Shown piece after piece: positions 9,506 through 19,007 of a stretch of 64,000 nt of DNA; the first letter of the stretch is position 1; each line of letters starts with the position of its first letter. The notes beneath the pieces were generated by a model. That model saw only the letters and a program-made list of their open reading frames with translations. It ran no database searches and had not been told where the DNA came from. This DNA comes from an uncultured Oscillospiraceae bacterium (GTDB lineage Bacteria; Bacillota; Clostridia; Oscillospirales; Ruminococcaceae). The stretch spans positions 1 through 64,000 of the forward strand of contig CANNTZ010000002.1 in the NCBI GenBank assembly GCA_947522735.1, read 5' to 3'. A program made the position numbers and the translations under genes.

Positions 9506-9738
9506 AAAGCAGTTGCTCTGCGATAGCTTCACCTGCGGCACAGAGTTTTTATTTTTAAGCTGCTTTTTCAGAGAGACAGCCTCCATCCAAACGCAGACGG
9601 AGCCGTCCTCATCGGTCGACATGACCCTCGAAGCCTTCAAAAGGTTGTGGCATTGCTGCGGCGGGATAAGGACATACGGGGGTTCCGCCGTAGCGTTTGA
9701 ACAATAATTTCCGCATAATCCAAGGGAGGTGCTTCATC

Positions 9739-9981
9739 ATGCGCGAGATAATCCCCGGGCGCATCTATCGCCACTTCAAAGGCGATCTCTATCTCGTCGA
9801 GGCGCTCGCAAAGCACTCCGAGACCGGCGAGAACTGTGTTATCTATCGCCAGCTCTACGGCGACGGCGCGTTGTGGGTTCGCCCGCTTGCAATGTTCAAC
9901 GGAGAGGTCGACCGCGAAAAATATCCCGGCTGCACACAGCGCTATCGGTTTGAGCTTGTCGACGCCAAAAGCTGCCGTTAA
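9739..9981 (+). CDS. DUF1653-family small protein
   Basis: IYRHFKGDLYLV...VIYRQLYG motif characteristic of DUF1653; GGGAGG RBS 7 nt before ATG. Confidence 0.7.
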   Translation: MREIIPGRIYRHFKGDLYLVEALAKHSETGENCVIYRQLYGDGALWVRPLAMFNGEVDREKYPGCTQRYRFELVDAKSCR

Positions 9982-9989
9982 AAACAAAA

Positions 9990-10040
9990 ACGCCCGCCCG
10001 GACAGCCGAATCTATCCGGACGGGACGTTCTGTTTTTCAC
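9990..10040. terminator. bidirectional intrinsic terminator between convergent DUF1653 and thiT
   Basis: A-run, imperfect GC hairpin (GCCCGCCCGGACAG...CTATCCGGACGGGACG), T-run. Confidence 0.5.
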
Positions 10041-10050
10041 CGGCAAAAAA

Positions 10051-10647
10051 TTATTTTCTGCGGCTCTTCTCTATCAGGTTGATGACGGAAAACACAAGCG
10101 GCGTCGCGCCGACTGTGATTATAGTCTCCGGCACCATATACTGCGCGTTGTAGATAAGCGAATAGGTCCACATGCCAAACCTGTTGACGAGGTCGTTCCA
10201 CTGGCCCTCCTTGGTGATCGAGTACCACACGACTGCGCCGCTGAGGAAATGGCAGACAAAGCGCAGCACGCAGACGGTCGCTGCGCCTGCGGTGATGCCC
10301 ACATAGTCGCTTTTGAGGATGCCGCGGTAAATTCCGGCGAGTCCTATGACGGTGAAGGCGATGATATAATCGAACAGCACGCACAGGACGACGCCCCAGA
10401 ACGTCGGGACATACGAAACCGTGCCGATACCCAGCACAAGCTGGAGCACCGAATAGACCAGCGCCGCCTCTATGCCCCACTTCGCGCCGTGACGGTACGA
10501 GAGGATGATGAGCGGCACCATAGAACAGAGCGTTACCGAGCCGCCGAGCGGCGCTTCATAGATTTTGAGCAGCGACAGCACCGTCGCCACAGCGATCATT
10601 ATCGCGCACTCGACCAGAATACGAGTCTTGGAATAAGCCTTTTCCAT
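10051..10647 (-). CDS. thiT: thiamine transporter ThiT/YuaJ (ECF S-component-like)
   Basis: ~198 aa, 6 hydrophobic helices, ThiT-family residues; directly downstream of TPP riboswitch; start MEKAYSK with AAAGGGG RBS. Confidence 0.7.
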   Translation of the reverse strand: MEKAYSKTRILVECAIMIAVATVLSLLKIYEAPLGGSVTLCSMVPLIILSYRHGAKWGIEAALVYSVLQLVLGIGTVSYVPTFWGVVLCVLFDYIIAFTVIGLAGIYRGILKSDYVGITAGAATVCVLRFVCHFLSGAVVWYSITKEGQWNDLVNRFGMWTYSLIYNAQYMVPETIITVGATPLVFSVINLIEKSRRK

Positions 10648-10661
10648 GCCGAAAAACCCCT

Positions 10662-10703
10662 TTGCAAATAAAAAATACCGCACTAATATGGTAAGTGCGG
10701 TAT
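10662..10703 (-). terminator. riboswitch expression-platform terminator
   Basis: minus-strand ATACCGCAC-TTACCATATTA-GTGCGGTAT followed by TTTTTTATTTG, 50 nt upstream of thiT RBS. Confidence 0.7.
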
Positions 10704-10736
10704 TCGTCATTTATAGCTATTTCGGCGCTATATAAA

Positions 10737-10825
10737 CTCCCTACGTTGGCATTACCCATATCAGGTCATAAGGGACCGTGAGAAGCCATCCCACATCACA
10801 GCCGGATTCCGTCCAGCGCCCCTGT
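10737..10825 (-). ncRNA. TPP (THI-box) riboswitch
   Basis: minus strand: GGGGCGC...GGCTGTGAT...GGTCCCTTATGACCTGATATGGGTAATGCCAACGTAGGGAG; 3' half matches THI-box ACCCnnnGAACCUGAUCnGGnUAAUnCCnGCGnAGGGA; CUGAGA element has one mismatch (CUGUGA); upstream of thiT. Confidence 0.6.
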
Positions 10826-10852
10826 TTATTCTTTTGTGCGGCTTCGAGAGCT

Positions 10853-10881
10853 ATTATAGCACGACCGCCGCCGTTTGTCAA
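10853..10881 (-). promoter_or_regulatory. sigma70 promoter for riboswitch-thiT
   Basis: minus strand TTGACA-17-TATAAT perfect consensus hexamers. Confidence 0.65.
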
Positions 10882-11981
10882 GAGTTTCCGCCCCTGATAA
10901 TGCCCGTGAGCTGCGTCAGGATATCGCCGCCGCCATTGAGATTGATGTTTCCGACACGCTCGCAGATGCGCTCGATATATTCCAGCTCCTTTAGCCTGTA
11001 GAGCGTCTGGTTTTCCTCCATCAGCTTCGCCGTGTTGAGCAGCGAGCGGGTGGACGCAACCTCCTCGCGGCGCGTGACGACGTTGGCTTGCGCCTGCTTT
11101 TCCGCCAGCAGCACCGTGTTCATGATGTCGCGCACCTCTCCGGGCAGGATTATGTCCTTTACCCCGGCGTCCTTTATCTCAACAAACAGCTCCTTTTCCT
11201 TCTCGTGCAGCCTTTCGGCAACATATTTCGACAGCCCGTCCTTGTTCGCGAGGATGTCATCCAGCTTGCAGCGTCCGATATAGTCGCGCAGGGCAAGCTG
11301 AACGGCGACGTGGAGCTGCTCGGCATAGTCGTCGATCTCGGTTAGTATCCGCACGCAGTCGGTCACGCGGTAGTTGCAGACAAAGCTTACGCGCACCGTC
11401 ACCTTGTCCTGCGTCATGATCTCCTGACCGGACACGTCGAGCTTCGTCAGGCGTGTATCGACGTAATCGGCGTCAACGCTGACGCCGCCGCGCCAGAAAT
11501 AGTAGGTACCGGCGTCCAGCACCCGCGCCAGCTTGCCGTTAAAGAACACCCGCGCCTTCTGATATTCGGCGACCTCCACCCGCGTGTAAAGCTCGCACGG
11601 CATTGAATCGAACACGTATTCCGGCACAGAGCCGTCCACCTCCGGCGAGGATATGTCTACCAGCTGATATTCGTGGCGGTCGTGGATAGTCCAGAACGCA
11701 TACCGGCCGCTTGTCAATGCCTCCGCAAACCTGCCGTTGACAAAGTGCAGCGCAAGCTGTCGATCCGCTATTTCCGCCACCGACGCCGACGCGGCGACCT
11801 CGCCGTTCGCAAGCAGCGTATCAAGCGCGCAGCGCCCGGACTCTATCGGCTGCGCAAGCGAGACGACCTCTATCTCCCGCCCACCGAGCATGCGGTATTT
11901 TCCGGCGGTCAGCATCCGCATGAACCGGCCGTTTTTGAAGAGAAATCCCCTCTGGTTCTCGTTGATAACGATCGTCCTCAT
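10878..11981 (-). CDS. SPFH/band-7 (stomatin/flotillin-like) domain protein with triplicated N-terminal motif, no TM segment
   Basis: C-terminal band-7 core (DKVTVRVSFVCNYRVTD...coiled-coil EKQAQANVVTRREE); three N-terminal repeats xFxNG(R/K)(F/L)xxxLxxGxYxFW; GGGAGG RBS before ATG at 11981 (ORF-track N-terminal extension to 12416 rejected). Confidence 0.75.
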   Translation of the reverse strand: MRTIVINENQRGFLFKNGRFMRMLTAGKYRMLGGREIEVVSLAQPIESGRCALDTLLANGEVAASASVAEIADRQLALHFVNGRFAEALTSGRYAFWTIHDRHEYQLVDISSPEVDGSVPEYVFDSMPCELYTRVEVAEYQKARVFFNGKLARVLDAGTYYFWRGGVSVDADYVDTRLTKLDVSGQEIMTQDKVTVRVSFVCNYRVTDCVRILTEIDDYAEQLHVAVQLALRDYIGRCKLDDILANKDGLSKYVAERLHEKEKELFVEIKDAGVKDIILPGEVRDIMNTVLLAEKQAQANVVTRREEVASTRSLLNTAKLMEENQTLYRLKELEYIERICERVGNINLNGGGDILTQLTGIIRGGNS

Positions 11982-12398
11982 ATTTAAAACCTCCCGGTCT
12001 ACATTCAGCCCCGCCGCGCCCCATGCAGCCCCGGCGGCGGGAGACTTGAGCACGCCGGTCGCGGAGCGGAAAGCGCCGCTTCTGGCTCCGTGACCGCTAC
12101 GCGCGGTATCCGTCTCCCGGCAAAGCCGTGGCCGCACCGTTCCCTCCGCACATGCGGCAAACCGGGACGCGGCATAGCTTTTTCTTAGCTGTGCGCCTTT
12201 CGGCGTACAAATTAATCGCGCCGTTTCCGGCAAAACCAAACCAACTGGCGATACGCTCCGGCGGATTCCGCCGCCAAAGCGCACGGTGGGATTTGAACCC
12301 ACGTAAAGCAGTTTCCGGCACGGCATACGCTTCGGAAGCTCCCCGCGCACCGCAGTGAAGCGGCAAACCCGCCATTCACACGCAAGCCGGAACTGCAA

Positions 12399-12413
12399 CG
12401 TTGCCAATGGCAA
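12399..12413. promoter_or_regulatory. perfect 15-bp palindrome (candidate operator) next to putative promoter
   Basis: GTTGCCAATGGCAAC (inner AACGTT also palindromic); on minus strand immediately downstream of TTGAAT-17-TAGGAT at ~12420-12450. Confidence 0.35.
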
Positions 12414-12697
12414 CATCTATATCCTACCACAAATATGCCCGCTATTCAATGTTTTTGCTCCAAATTTTCCGGTCATCCTCAGCTTTTCACTCTTTTCGGC
12501 CACCTTCTCCGCGTTATGCGGTATACCGACGGAGCTCCGCCGCTGCCCACATCGCCGCCGGTGCGTTCTCCGTTTTCCCGTAGCTGCGCCGTCATATTAA
12601 CGGGCCGCAACCATACATCCCGGCGGTGCAAGGGCCGCTCCAAATCAGTTGTCTCTTTCCGGATGAGACGCCTCTGCCGCGGATAAAGCTTAACCCT

Positions 12698-13867
12698 TCA
12701 CAGACCTATCGCTTTCATAAAGCAGTCGTACTCATCGACGCTTTGCGCTTTTGTTTTAGATATCCGCAGCAGCCGCGCAAGCCGATCCGGCAGCAGACGT
12801 ATATTGGCGAGCAGCCGCGCAAGCCACGCAACGGGCAGCAGCCACCGACACTTTTGCAAAAAGGTGTAGCGCCGTTCAAGCTCGTCTGCGGGCGGAAAGA
12901 GCATTCTGCAAACGAGCTGCCGCTTAGAGCCGCGCTTCTCCCCCGCATTGCGCAGCTCTACCACCGAGCGGTCGCGGGAATGTCCAAACAGGTCGGAGTC
13001 GAGGGTATAATCGAGCAGACGATCCAGCGTCTCGACGTCCGGCTCCGGCAGCGGGCAAAGAGTGCTGACGCCGAACCATACGCGGCAGGCGTTCATCACG
13101 GTGTGGAAAAAGTCCGTCAGGCGCAGCGCGGCAAACTCTTTTTCGATGGCGAGCCAGTTCAGGCGCGCATCCTCGCGCTTTACATACAGCGCCGCGTCCA
13201 GATACATCCGCAGTCCCGCGCCTCCGCGATAGAGATGCTTTGCCAGGTGGCACACGGTGTAGATGAAGTGAAAATCCGGCGCAGGCCGGTACCGCAGGCC
13301 CTCATCCGGCTCCGCATACCGCCACGCGCCGTCGAAATACGTCTGCATATCTGCGCGCCCGTCCAGATTGCCGTCCATCAGCATAGTGTGTATTTCGTAA
13401 TACTCCGCGTCCTTTAGATAGGAATAGGACGGCTCCCAGTCGTGCTCAGCCGTATAACCGAGGGACAGCATCAGCTCATGCGTTTTCCTGCGGTCCTCCG
13501 GACGGATGAGGATATCGATGTCGCCGAAGGTGCGCAGCTCCGGCACGGGATAAAGCGCGCGGAGGTAGTAGCCCTTGACCGGCATATGGGCGACACCGTG
13601 CTCCGTAAAGACCTGTGAGAGCGTCTCAAAGGCCGTGCAGCGGTTGAGGTTGCCGACAAGCGCCGCGTACAGTATGCCGTTGAGCCTGCGGCAGAGCTTT
13701 GCGTCCCCAAGCATCCCCCAACGCCTGTTCTCATACGCCAGAACCGGCAGCAGATTCTGCCGCGCGGCCTCCGGCCACAGCGTTCGTATATTCGATTGAT
13801 CTATCCTCTCCGGCGGCGCGTCCTGTACAAAGCTGCGCAGCGGCACGAGAAGCTGTTTGTTCGACAT
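12698..13867 (-). CDS. uncharacterised nucleotidyltransferase-family protein (last gene of polysaccharide operon)
   Basis: GDIDILIRPED pol-beta-type nucleotidyltransferase motif; 389 aa. Confidence 0.6.
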   Translation of the reverse strand: MSNKQLLVPLRSFVQDAPPERIDQSNIRTLWPEAARQNLLPVLAYENRRWGMLGDAKLCRRLNGILYAALVGNLNRCTAFETLSQVFTEHGVAHMPVKGYYLRALYPVPELRTFGDIDILIRPEDRRKTHELMLSLGYTAEHDWEPSYSYLKDAEYYEIHTMLMDGNLDGRADMQTYFDGAWRYAEPDEGLRYRPAPDFHFIYTVCHLAKHLYRGGAGLRMYLDAALYVKREDARLNWLAIEKEFAALRLTDFFHTVMNACRVWFGVSTLCPLPEPDVETLDRLLDYTLDSDLFGHSRDRSVVELRNAGEKRGSKRQLVCRMLFPPADELERRYTFLQKCRWLLPVAWLARLLANIRLLPDRLARLLRISKTKAQSVDEYDCFMKAIGL

Positions 13868-13884
13868 ATTCGGAGCCTTTCGGT

Positions 13885-14758
13885 TTAATTTTGGGGCGTC
13901 AATTCGACCACCGCAATCTCCGGCCGGTTGTTTATCCTCGGGATCGGGCCATGTCCGGCAAGTCCGGAGGTGATAATCATCTGCATATGCTCGCCCAGCC
14001 GGAAGCAGCCGCGGTCATATTCCGGGAACCAGCCCTGCATGGGCGCGTACAGGCCGCCGATAAACGGCAAACGGATCAGTCCGCCGTGTGTGTGGCCGCT
14101 GAGCACAAGCTCCACGTCCCACATGTCGTATGCTCCGTTGAAGATGAAGGTGTCCGGCATATGTGCAAGACAGATTTTAGGTACGCCGGTGTTCTCAAAG
14201 TCCTTCAGAAACCTGTATTCCGGCGACGAGGTAAACTCCTCCTCGCTGCGGCCAAAATAGAAGCCGTATCCCATTGTGCCGCCGATGCGCAGCGGCTGAC
14301 CGTTGACTGCTATGTCCACATAGCTGTCGTTTACCACCGTTGCACCTGTCCGGGCCACACGGTCAAGAAGAGTATCGTCGGCTTTCATATATTCTAGCTC
14401 GTGATTGCCGGGCGCAAAATATACAGGTGCTATCTCGCACAGCCCTTCAAGCAGTTGCAGGAGCTTCTGCACCTCCTCCTCATCCGCGCTGCGGTCAAGC
14501 ATATCGCCGGCAAGCAAGATTACGTCCGGGGACTGCGAGCCGACCCTTGCAATCAGACGGGAGTTGTCCCTGCCGAAGGTTCTTCCGTGCAGGTCGGAGA
14601 GGAGGACGAGGCGGATGGGTGTCCAGAGCTTTTCCATGGAGACGGCGTATGAGCTTGTGCTAATTCTGACGTTGTCAAGCAGGACAGACAGAAAAATGGC
14701 GGCAAGGCAGACGACTGTCATGACGGCGACGCTTGCTAAGCTGTGCTTCATACCGTTC
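13885..14758 (-). CDS. membrane-anchored metallophosphoesterase (calcineurin-like)
   Basis: LSDLHG, GDMLDR, GNHE, SGHTHGG motifs; N-terminal TM helix. Confidence 0.8.
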
Positions 14759-15653
14759 ATCCGATGTGAAAAATGCGCGGCAGCCTGTTCCATCCACGCC
14801 TGATAAAGCGTGCCGCATGGCCACATGCCGCGGCCGCGCCGTATTTTGCCTTATTCAGAAAAAGCGCCCAGACAGAGCCGCCCTGCTCCATCGTGTGCAG
14901 ATCGTCCACCTGTTTTCGATAAAGAGGCGTTTGCGTAAACCTTGTCCCCCAATGGAGCAGATCGGTTTTTACGCCGATATCCTCTGCAAGCGCAAGCCCC
15001 TTGGGCAAATTCAGCCGCATTCGTCCGAGATGCTCCCAATAGCACAGGATCCCCTGCAAATCATGCGGAATCGGCTTGCATCCGTTCAAGGCCATGCCAA
15101 GTGCGACCAGCGGCTCATCCCCTGGCGTTGCGAATTTTCCCTTGAAACGATAAGCTCCATAGTGCGGGACCAGCTCCTGCGCCGTTTCCAGCACCGCTTT
15201 GCACCGCACCGTTTTTCGCATATAATAGATCCCCCCGTGGAGCCCCACCACATAGGAGACCCTCTCCTTCAAGTCCCCCAGATTCTTGTACTCAAACCAG
15301 CCGGTCGTATCGTCCAGCGGCAAAACCCGGCCAAAGCAGGAAAAGTCATCCGCCTCCCGAAACAGCTCGAACAGCCGGTTCAGGTCGCCATAGGCCAGAC
15401 AGTCTGCGTCAATGAAGATGTTCACGTCATACGGTAAAAGCTCGAGCATCTCCAGCTTGTCCAGATAGCTGCGGTGCGCTTGCGAAAAAACGCGCACATC
15501 ATCGAACTCCGCCGTATATCCGTTCTCCTGATCCGCCAGAATCGCAAACGGAAGCGGAGAACTGCAAAACCAGCGGTACGAGTGCAGGAGGTTTGCTGCC
15601 ATTTTATAATACTGTGCGTCGCCGGTGGCGATGGTGACAAAGCCGTGCGTCAT
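14757..15653 (-). CDS. putative glycosyltransferase (GT8-like nucleotide-diphospho-sugar transferase fold)
   Basis: FVTIATGDAQYYKMAANLLHS N-terminal GT8-like pattern and FIDADCL DxD motif; AAGGAG RBS. Confidence 0.45.
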   Translation of the reverse strand: MTHGFVTIATGDAQYYKMAANLLHSYRWFCSSPLPFAILADQENGYTAEFDDVRVFSQAHRSYLDKLEMLELLPYDVNIFIDADCLAYGDLNRLFELFREADDFSCFGRVLPLDDTTGWFEYKNLGDLKERVSYVVGLHGGIYYMRKTVRCKAVLETAQELVPHYGAYRFKGKFATPGDEPLVALGMALNGCKPIPHDLQGILCYWEHLGRMRLNLPKGLALAEDIGVKTDLLHWGTRFTQTPLYRKQVDDLHTMEQGGSVWALFLNKAKYGAAAACGHAARFIRRGWNRLPRIFHIG

Positions 15654-15659
15654 AAGGTA

Positions 15660-16643
15660 TCACTCCTTAAACCCAAGGATTTTTCGGATTTTGACCAGAT
15701 AGGCGTATGGTCTGACCAGCCTCGGGCAGACCAGTGATAGATACCAGCTAAAGGTATCATAAACGCAGGATCTGCGTATATGCCGCAATGCAGCCAGTTT
15801 GTGGATGCGATACTCCGTGGGAATCCGGTCGGATTGCCTGCTGCCATAAGCGCGAATTACCGTTTTGGCCTGCGCGACCCTTTGGGCGTTTCGCGCCAAT
15901 TCCGCAAGCTCCCGGTCATTTTCCGTATCGAAGAATTGCACGCAGGCTTGAACCGCCCTAACACAATCGAAGCTTTTGACGGAAAAGGGGCGCCCTGTAA
16001 TGCTGTCAGGCCGCGTCCGGTAAAGGTAGAGCTTATCCGGTATAAGACCAACGGCATTTGATCGATAAAGCAACCTCGGTGTTGTCGCGTCATCCTCATG
16101 GATCAGCCCGACCGGATAACGAATCCCGTCAAACAGCCTTGCCGGATATAGCTTTCCCCATGCCATAATGGGCACCTCGCCATCCATGTGATAAATGCTC
16201 AGGCATGCCTCCCGTCCGGTCATTATTTTCAACTGCGTCGCGGCGCACGCATCCACGCATTCGAGCTCGCTCTCATCCGAAAAGGGCCGCATATCGCAGA
16301 CGGCGATATCAACGTTTTCCTGAACAACAGTGTCATGCAGCCTTTTCAGACAGGCGGGCGCAAGCAGGTCGTCACTATCTGCAAACGCAAGATATTCCCC
16401 GGAGGCCGCATCGATTCCGGCGTTTCTTGCCGCGGACAGTCCCCTGTTTTCCTGATGGATTACCCGCACGCGCGGATCCTGTTCCGCATATTCATCACAG
16501 ATTGCTCCGCAGCCGTCCGGCGAACCGTCGTCCACGAGGATCAGCTCAAAATCCGTATAGGTCTGCGCAAGAATACTGTCCACGCATTGACGCAGGTAAG
16601 GCTCTACCTTGTAAACCGGGACTATCACGGATATCGTCGGCAT
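15660..16643 (-). CDS. glycosyltransferase family 2
   Basis: ISVIVPVYKVEPYLRQCVDSILAQTYTDFELILVDDGSPDG...DSDD; AGGGGATGA RBS before MPTISV. Confidence 0.85.
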   Translation of the reverse strand: MPTISVIVPVYKVEPYLRQCVDSILAQTYTDFELILVDDGSPDGCGAICDEYAEQDPRVRVIHQENRGLSAARNAGIDAASGEYLAFADSDDLLAPACLKRLHDTVVQENVDIAVCDMRPFSDESELECVDACAATQLKIMTGREACLSIYHMDGEVPIMAWGKLYPARLFDGIRYPVGLIHEDDATTPRLLYRSNAVGLIPDKLYLYRTRPDSITGRPFSVKSFDCVRAVQACVQFFDTENDRELAELARNAQRVAQAKTVIRAYGSRQSDRIPTEYRIHKLAALRHIRRSCVYDTFSWYLSLVCPRLVRPYAYLVKIRKILGFKE

Positions 16644-16651
16644 ATTGTCAT

Positions 16652-17710
16652 TCATCCCCTGAAATCCAGAATATCTTTCTTCAAAATTTCCCTGTATGGA
16701 AGCAATGCTTCGTTGTCATATCGGTTTTCGCCCTTCGGCATGTCTGCATACAGCGCCTCTATCTGCTCGGCTGTATCTGCAAAGCGAATATAGTCTAAAT
16801 GGCGAACCCATTCGTAACAGCCGCGCACCTTATGGCTTTTGCTGTTTATCACAATACAAGGAGTTCCCGTGACAGCCGCAAAGATCATCCCGTGAAGCCG
16901 GTCTGTTATAACAAGCTGCGCTCCTCTGAACTCATCGAGCTTTGCCTCCAGCTCTTGTATACGCTTATCCGGTAAAACGCCGTGCTCCAGACACATGTCG
17001 GTATATTTTACCTGCTCGCAAAACAGGCCTTGAGCCGATTTCAGAATTTGCTTTTCATCCTTCTCGCTGCGTGTTTTTTCAAGGTCGCTGCGCAGACAGA
17101 GCAGACACCCTGTTCTGTTTTTTTTCACCTGCGACTTATTCATAAACAGCGCCATATCCGGCACGAGCTTTACATTGCGATATATCCCGCTCATAACGCT
17201 GTAGGAGGTTTGTTCCCTCGCATACAGCAGCAGCGCCGGATGATGCCTGTAGATTCCTTTTGAGCGCTCTAATTCACGGCTGCCCCACTCGGTCTTTTCA
17301 TAAAATACAGTATTCGGAAGACAAAATATAATTGATTTTGGGTTTTCGCGAATTATGCACCGGAACAGCCTCTCCACATTGAACCACAGCGTTCCCATGT
17401 TTCCCCCGCCGTTGACAATGATTTTATGTCCGTTCATAGCTCCGAGCCTATGAAAACGCTTTAACCGGCGCAGCTGTATCGTTGTGAGCTCAATGTATTC
17501 GAGCTTCATCTCCGTCAACAGCTCTGTTGCTGACAGCGCAATCGCATGGTCTCCCAAATTGCCGTGTGACGGAGATAATACAAAGAGAACCGTACTTTCA
17601 TCCGCCTCCTTCAACCGCTTGCATATGTCCTTGACCTCTTTCCATTCTCTATCGGCCTCGTACATACGGCCGTGCAGCCTTCGCAAGGGCATCAGAAAAT
17701 CAGCAGCCAT
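16652..17710 (-). CDS. polysaccharide pyruvyl transferase (CsaB/WcaK family)
   Basis: ITDRLHGMIFAAVTGTPCIVINSKSHKV signature of PS_pyruv_trans; GAGGGGAG RBS. Confidence 0.8.
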   Translation of the reverse strand: MAADFLMPLRRLHGRMYEADREWKEVKDICKRLKEADESTVLFVLSPSHGNLGDHAIALSATELLTEMKLEYIELTTIQLRRLKRFHRLGAMNGHKIIVNGGGNMGTLWFNVERLFRCIIRENPKSIIFCLPNTVFYEKTEWGSRELERSKGIYRHHPALLLYAREQTSYSVMSGIYRNVKLVPDMALFMNKSQVKKNRTGCLLCLRSDLEKTRSEKDEKQILKSAQGLFCEQVKYTDMCLEHGVLPDKRIQELEAKLDEFRGAQLVITDRLHGMIFAAVTGTPCIVINSKSHKVRGCYEWVRHLDYIRFADTAEQIEALYADMPKGENRYDNEALLPYREILKKDILDFRG

Positions 17711-17726
17711 AAACACAGCTCCCCTC

Positions 17727-18998
17727 TCAGCCGATCGTTATTTCCGGGAACATCATATATCCCCACCAGGTATGGTTCCACGCCATGTTGTTGTTTTCCC
17801 GGTTGCCCTGCCCCTTCTCAAAGGCAAACGCCTCCTCCACCACGTCGTGCATCTGGTTTGCTCCAAATTGGTTCACCGAGTAAGCGGTCAGCTTCACAAG
17901 ATACTTTCCGGGCGCAAGCCAATCTATCAGCAGTGTCAAAGCGATTTCATTTTCCCCGGCATCCGCCATGATGGAGGGACTGGAGGTTGCAAGACCAACC
18001 ACCGTTTTATCGGCAGCCTCCACGGTCATGCGGAATGCCATATTCTCGACCGGCACCCTTGCTTTATATGAAACCCTCACATGAACCGGCTCTTTTCCGG
18101 TGTATACGGCAGTATCCTTGTCCAGCAGCGAGACCGTGCAAATATGTATCCGGCCGTCCATGATGGCGTGAGTCCGCTTTGCTTCCGAGCAATCGTTGAC
18201 AAGCGCCGGCGCTCTGGTCATATCCGAGTAGAGCTCAATCGCCCTCTCCACATTTCCGTCAAACATGAGCCTTCCGTGATCCAGCACGATGCAGCGTGTG
18301 CAAAGCTGACGGATGGTGTTCATATTATGGCTGACATAGAGCACGGTGCGTCCCCCGGAGCCTGCGGCGTCGCCCATTTTGCCAAGGCATTTCTGCTGGA
18401 ACTTCATATCGCCCACGGCCAAAACCTCATCCATGACCATGATCTCGCTGTCCAGATGCGCGGCCACAGCAAAAGCCAGCTTGACATACATGCCGCTGGA
18501 ATAGCGCTTGACCGGCGTGTCGATGAATTTTTCCATCTCCGCGAACTCGACGATCCGGTCAAACTTGCTATCGATCTCCGCCCTTGTCATGCCCAGAATC
18601 GCGCCGTTCATGTAGACGTTTTCCCGCCCGGTCAGCTCCGGATGGAAGCCGGTTCCAACCTCCAGCATGGAGGCGATGCGGCCGTTATAGCTGACGGTTC
18701 CCCTCGTCGGCGCGGTGACGCGGGAAAGCAGCTTCAAAAGCGTGGATTTGCCCGCGCCGTTGTGACCTATGATCCCCAGCGCCTCGCCCTTTTTCACCTC
18801 AAAGGACACGTCGTCCAGCGCAAGGAACCTTTCTCCCCCATGCGCCGCCGTGTCGGAGCCGATCTTGCTGTTGGGGTCCTCCCTGCCCTTTATCCGCGCC
18901 ATCCAGCTTTGCAGATCTCCCCGCAGCGTGCCGCCGCCAATCGCACCTAAACGGTATTCCTTGGAGACATGCTCGATTTTGATTGCAATTTCATCCAT
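17727..18998 (-). CDS. polysaccharide/teichoic-acid export ABC transporter ATP-binding protein (Wzt/TagH-like, with C-terminal extra domain)
   Basis: Walker A GHNGAGKST, signature YSSGMYVKLAFA, Walker B MVMDE; ~170-aa C-terminal domain. Confidence 0.85.
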   Translation of the reverse strand: MDEIAIKIEHVSKEYRLGAIGGGTLRGDLQSWMARIKGREDPNSKIGSDTAAHGGERFLALDDVSFEVKKGEALGIIGHNGAGKSTLLKLLSRVTAPTRGTVSYNGRIASMLEVGTGFHPELTGRENVYMNGAILGMTRAEIDSKFDRIVEFAEMEKFIDTPVKRYSSGMYVKLAFAVAAHLDSEIMVMDEVLAVGDMKFQQKCLGKMGDAAGSGGRTVLYVSHNMNTIRQLCTRCIVLDHGRLMFDGNVERAIELYSDMTRAPALVNDCSEAKRTHAIMDGRIHICTVSLLDKDTAVYTGKEPVHVRVSYKARVPVENMAFRMTVEAADKTVVGLATSSPSIMADAGENEIALTLLIDWLAPGKYLVKLTAYSVNQFGANQMHDVVEEAFAFEKGQGNRENNNMAWNHTWWGYMMFPEITIG

Positions 18999-19007
18999 AA
19001 GCTTTCC

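Noticed and set aside
12283-12302. tRNA-like T-arm (GTGGGTTCAAATCCCAC) on minus strand
   Set aside because: Could not build acceptor, D- or anticodon arms around it in any register; likely a chance hairpin or decayed fragment
11982-12416. N-terminal 145-aa extension of the SPFH ORF in the ORF track (512-aa version)
   Set aside because: Extension is Arg/Cys/Gly-rich with no protein-like pattern, typical of a stop-free frame in GC-rich DNA; a GGGAGG RBS sits right before the internal ATG at 11981
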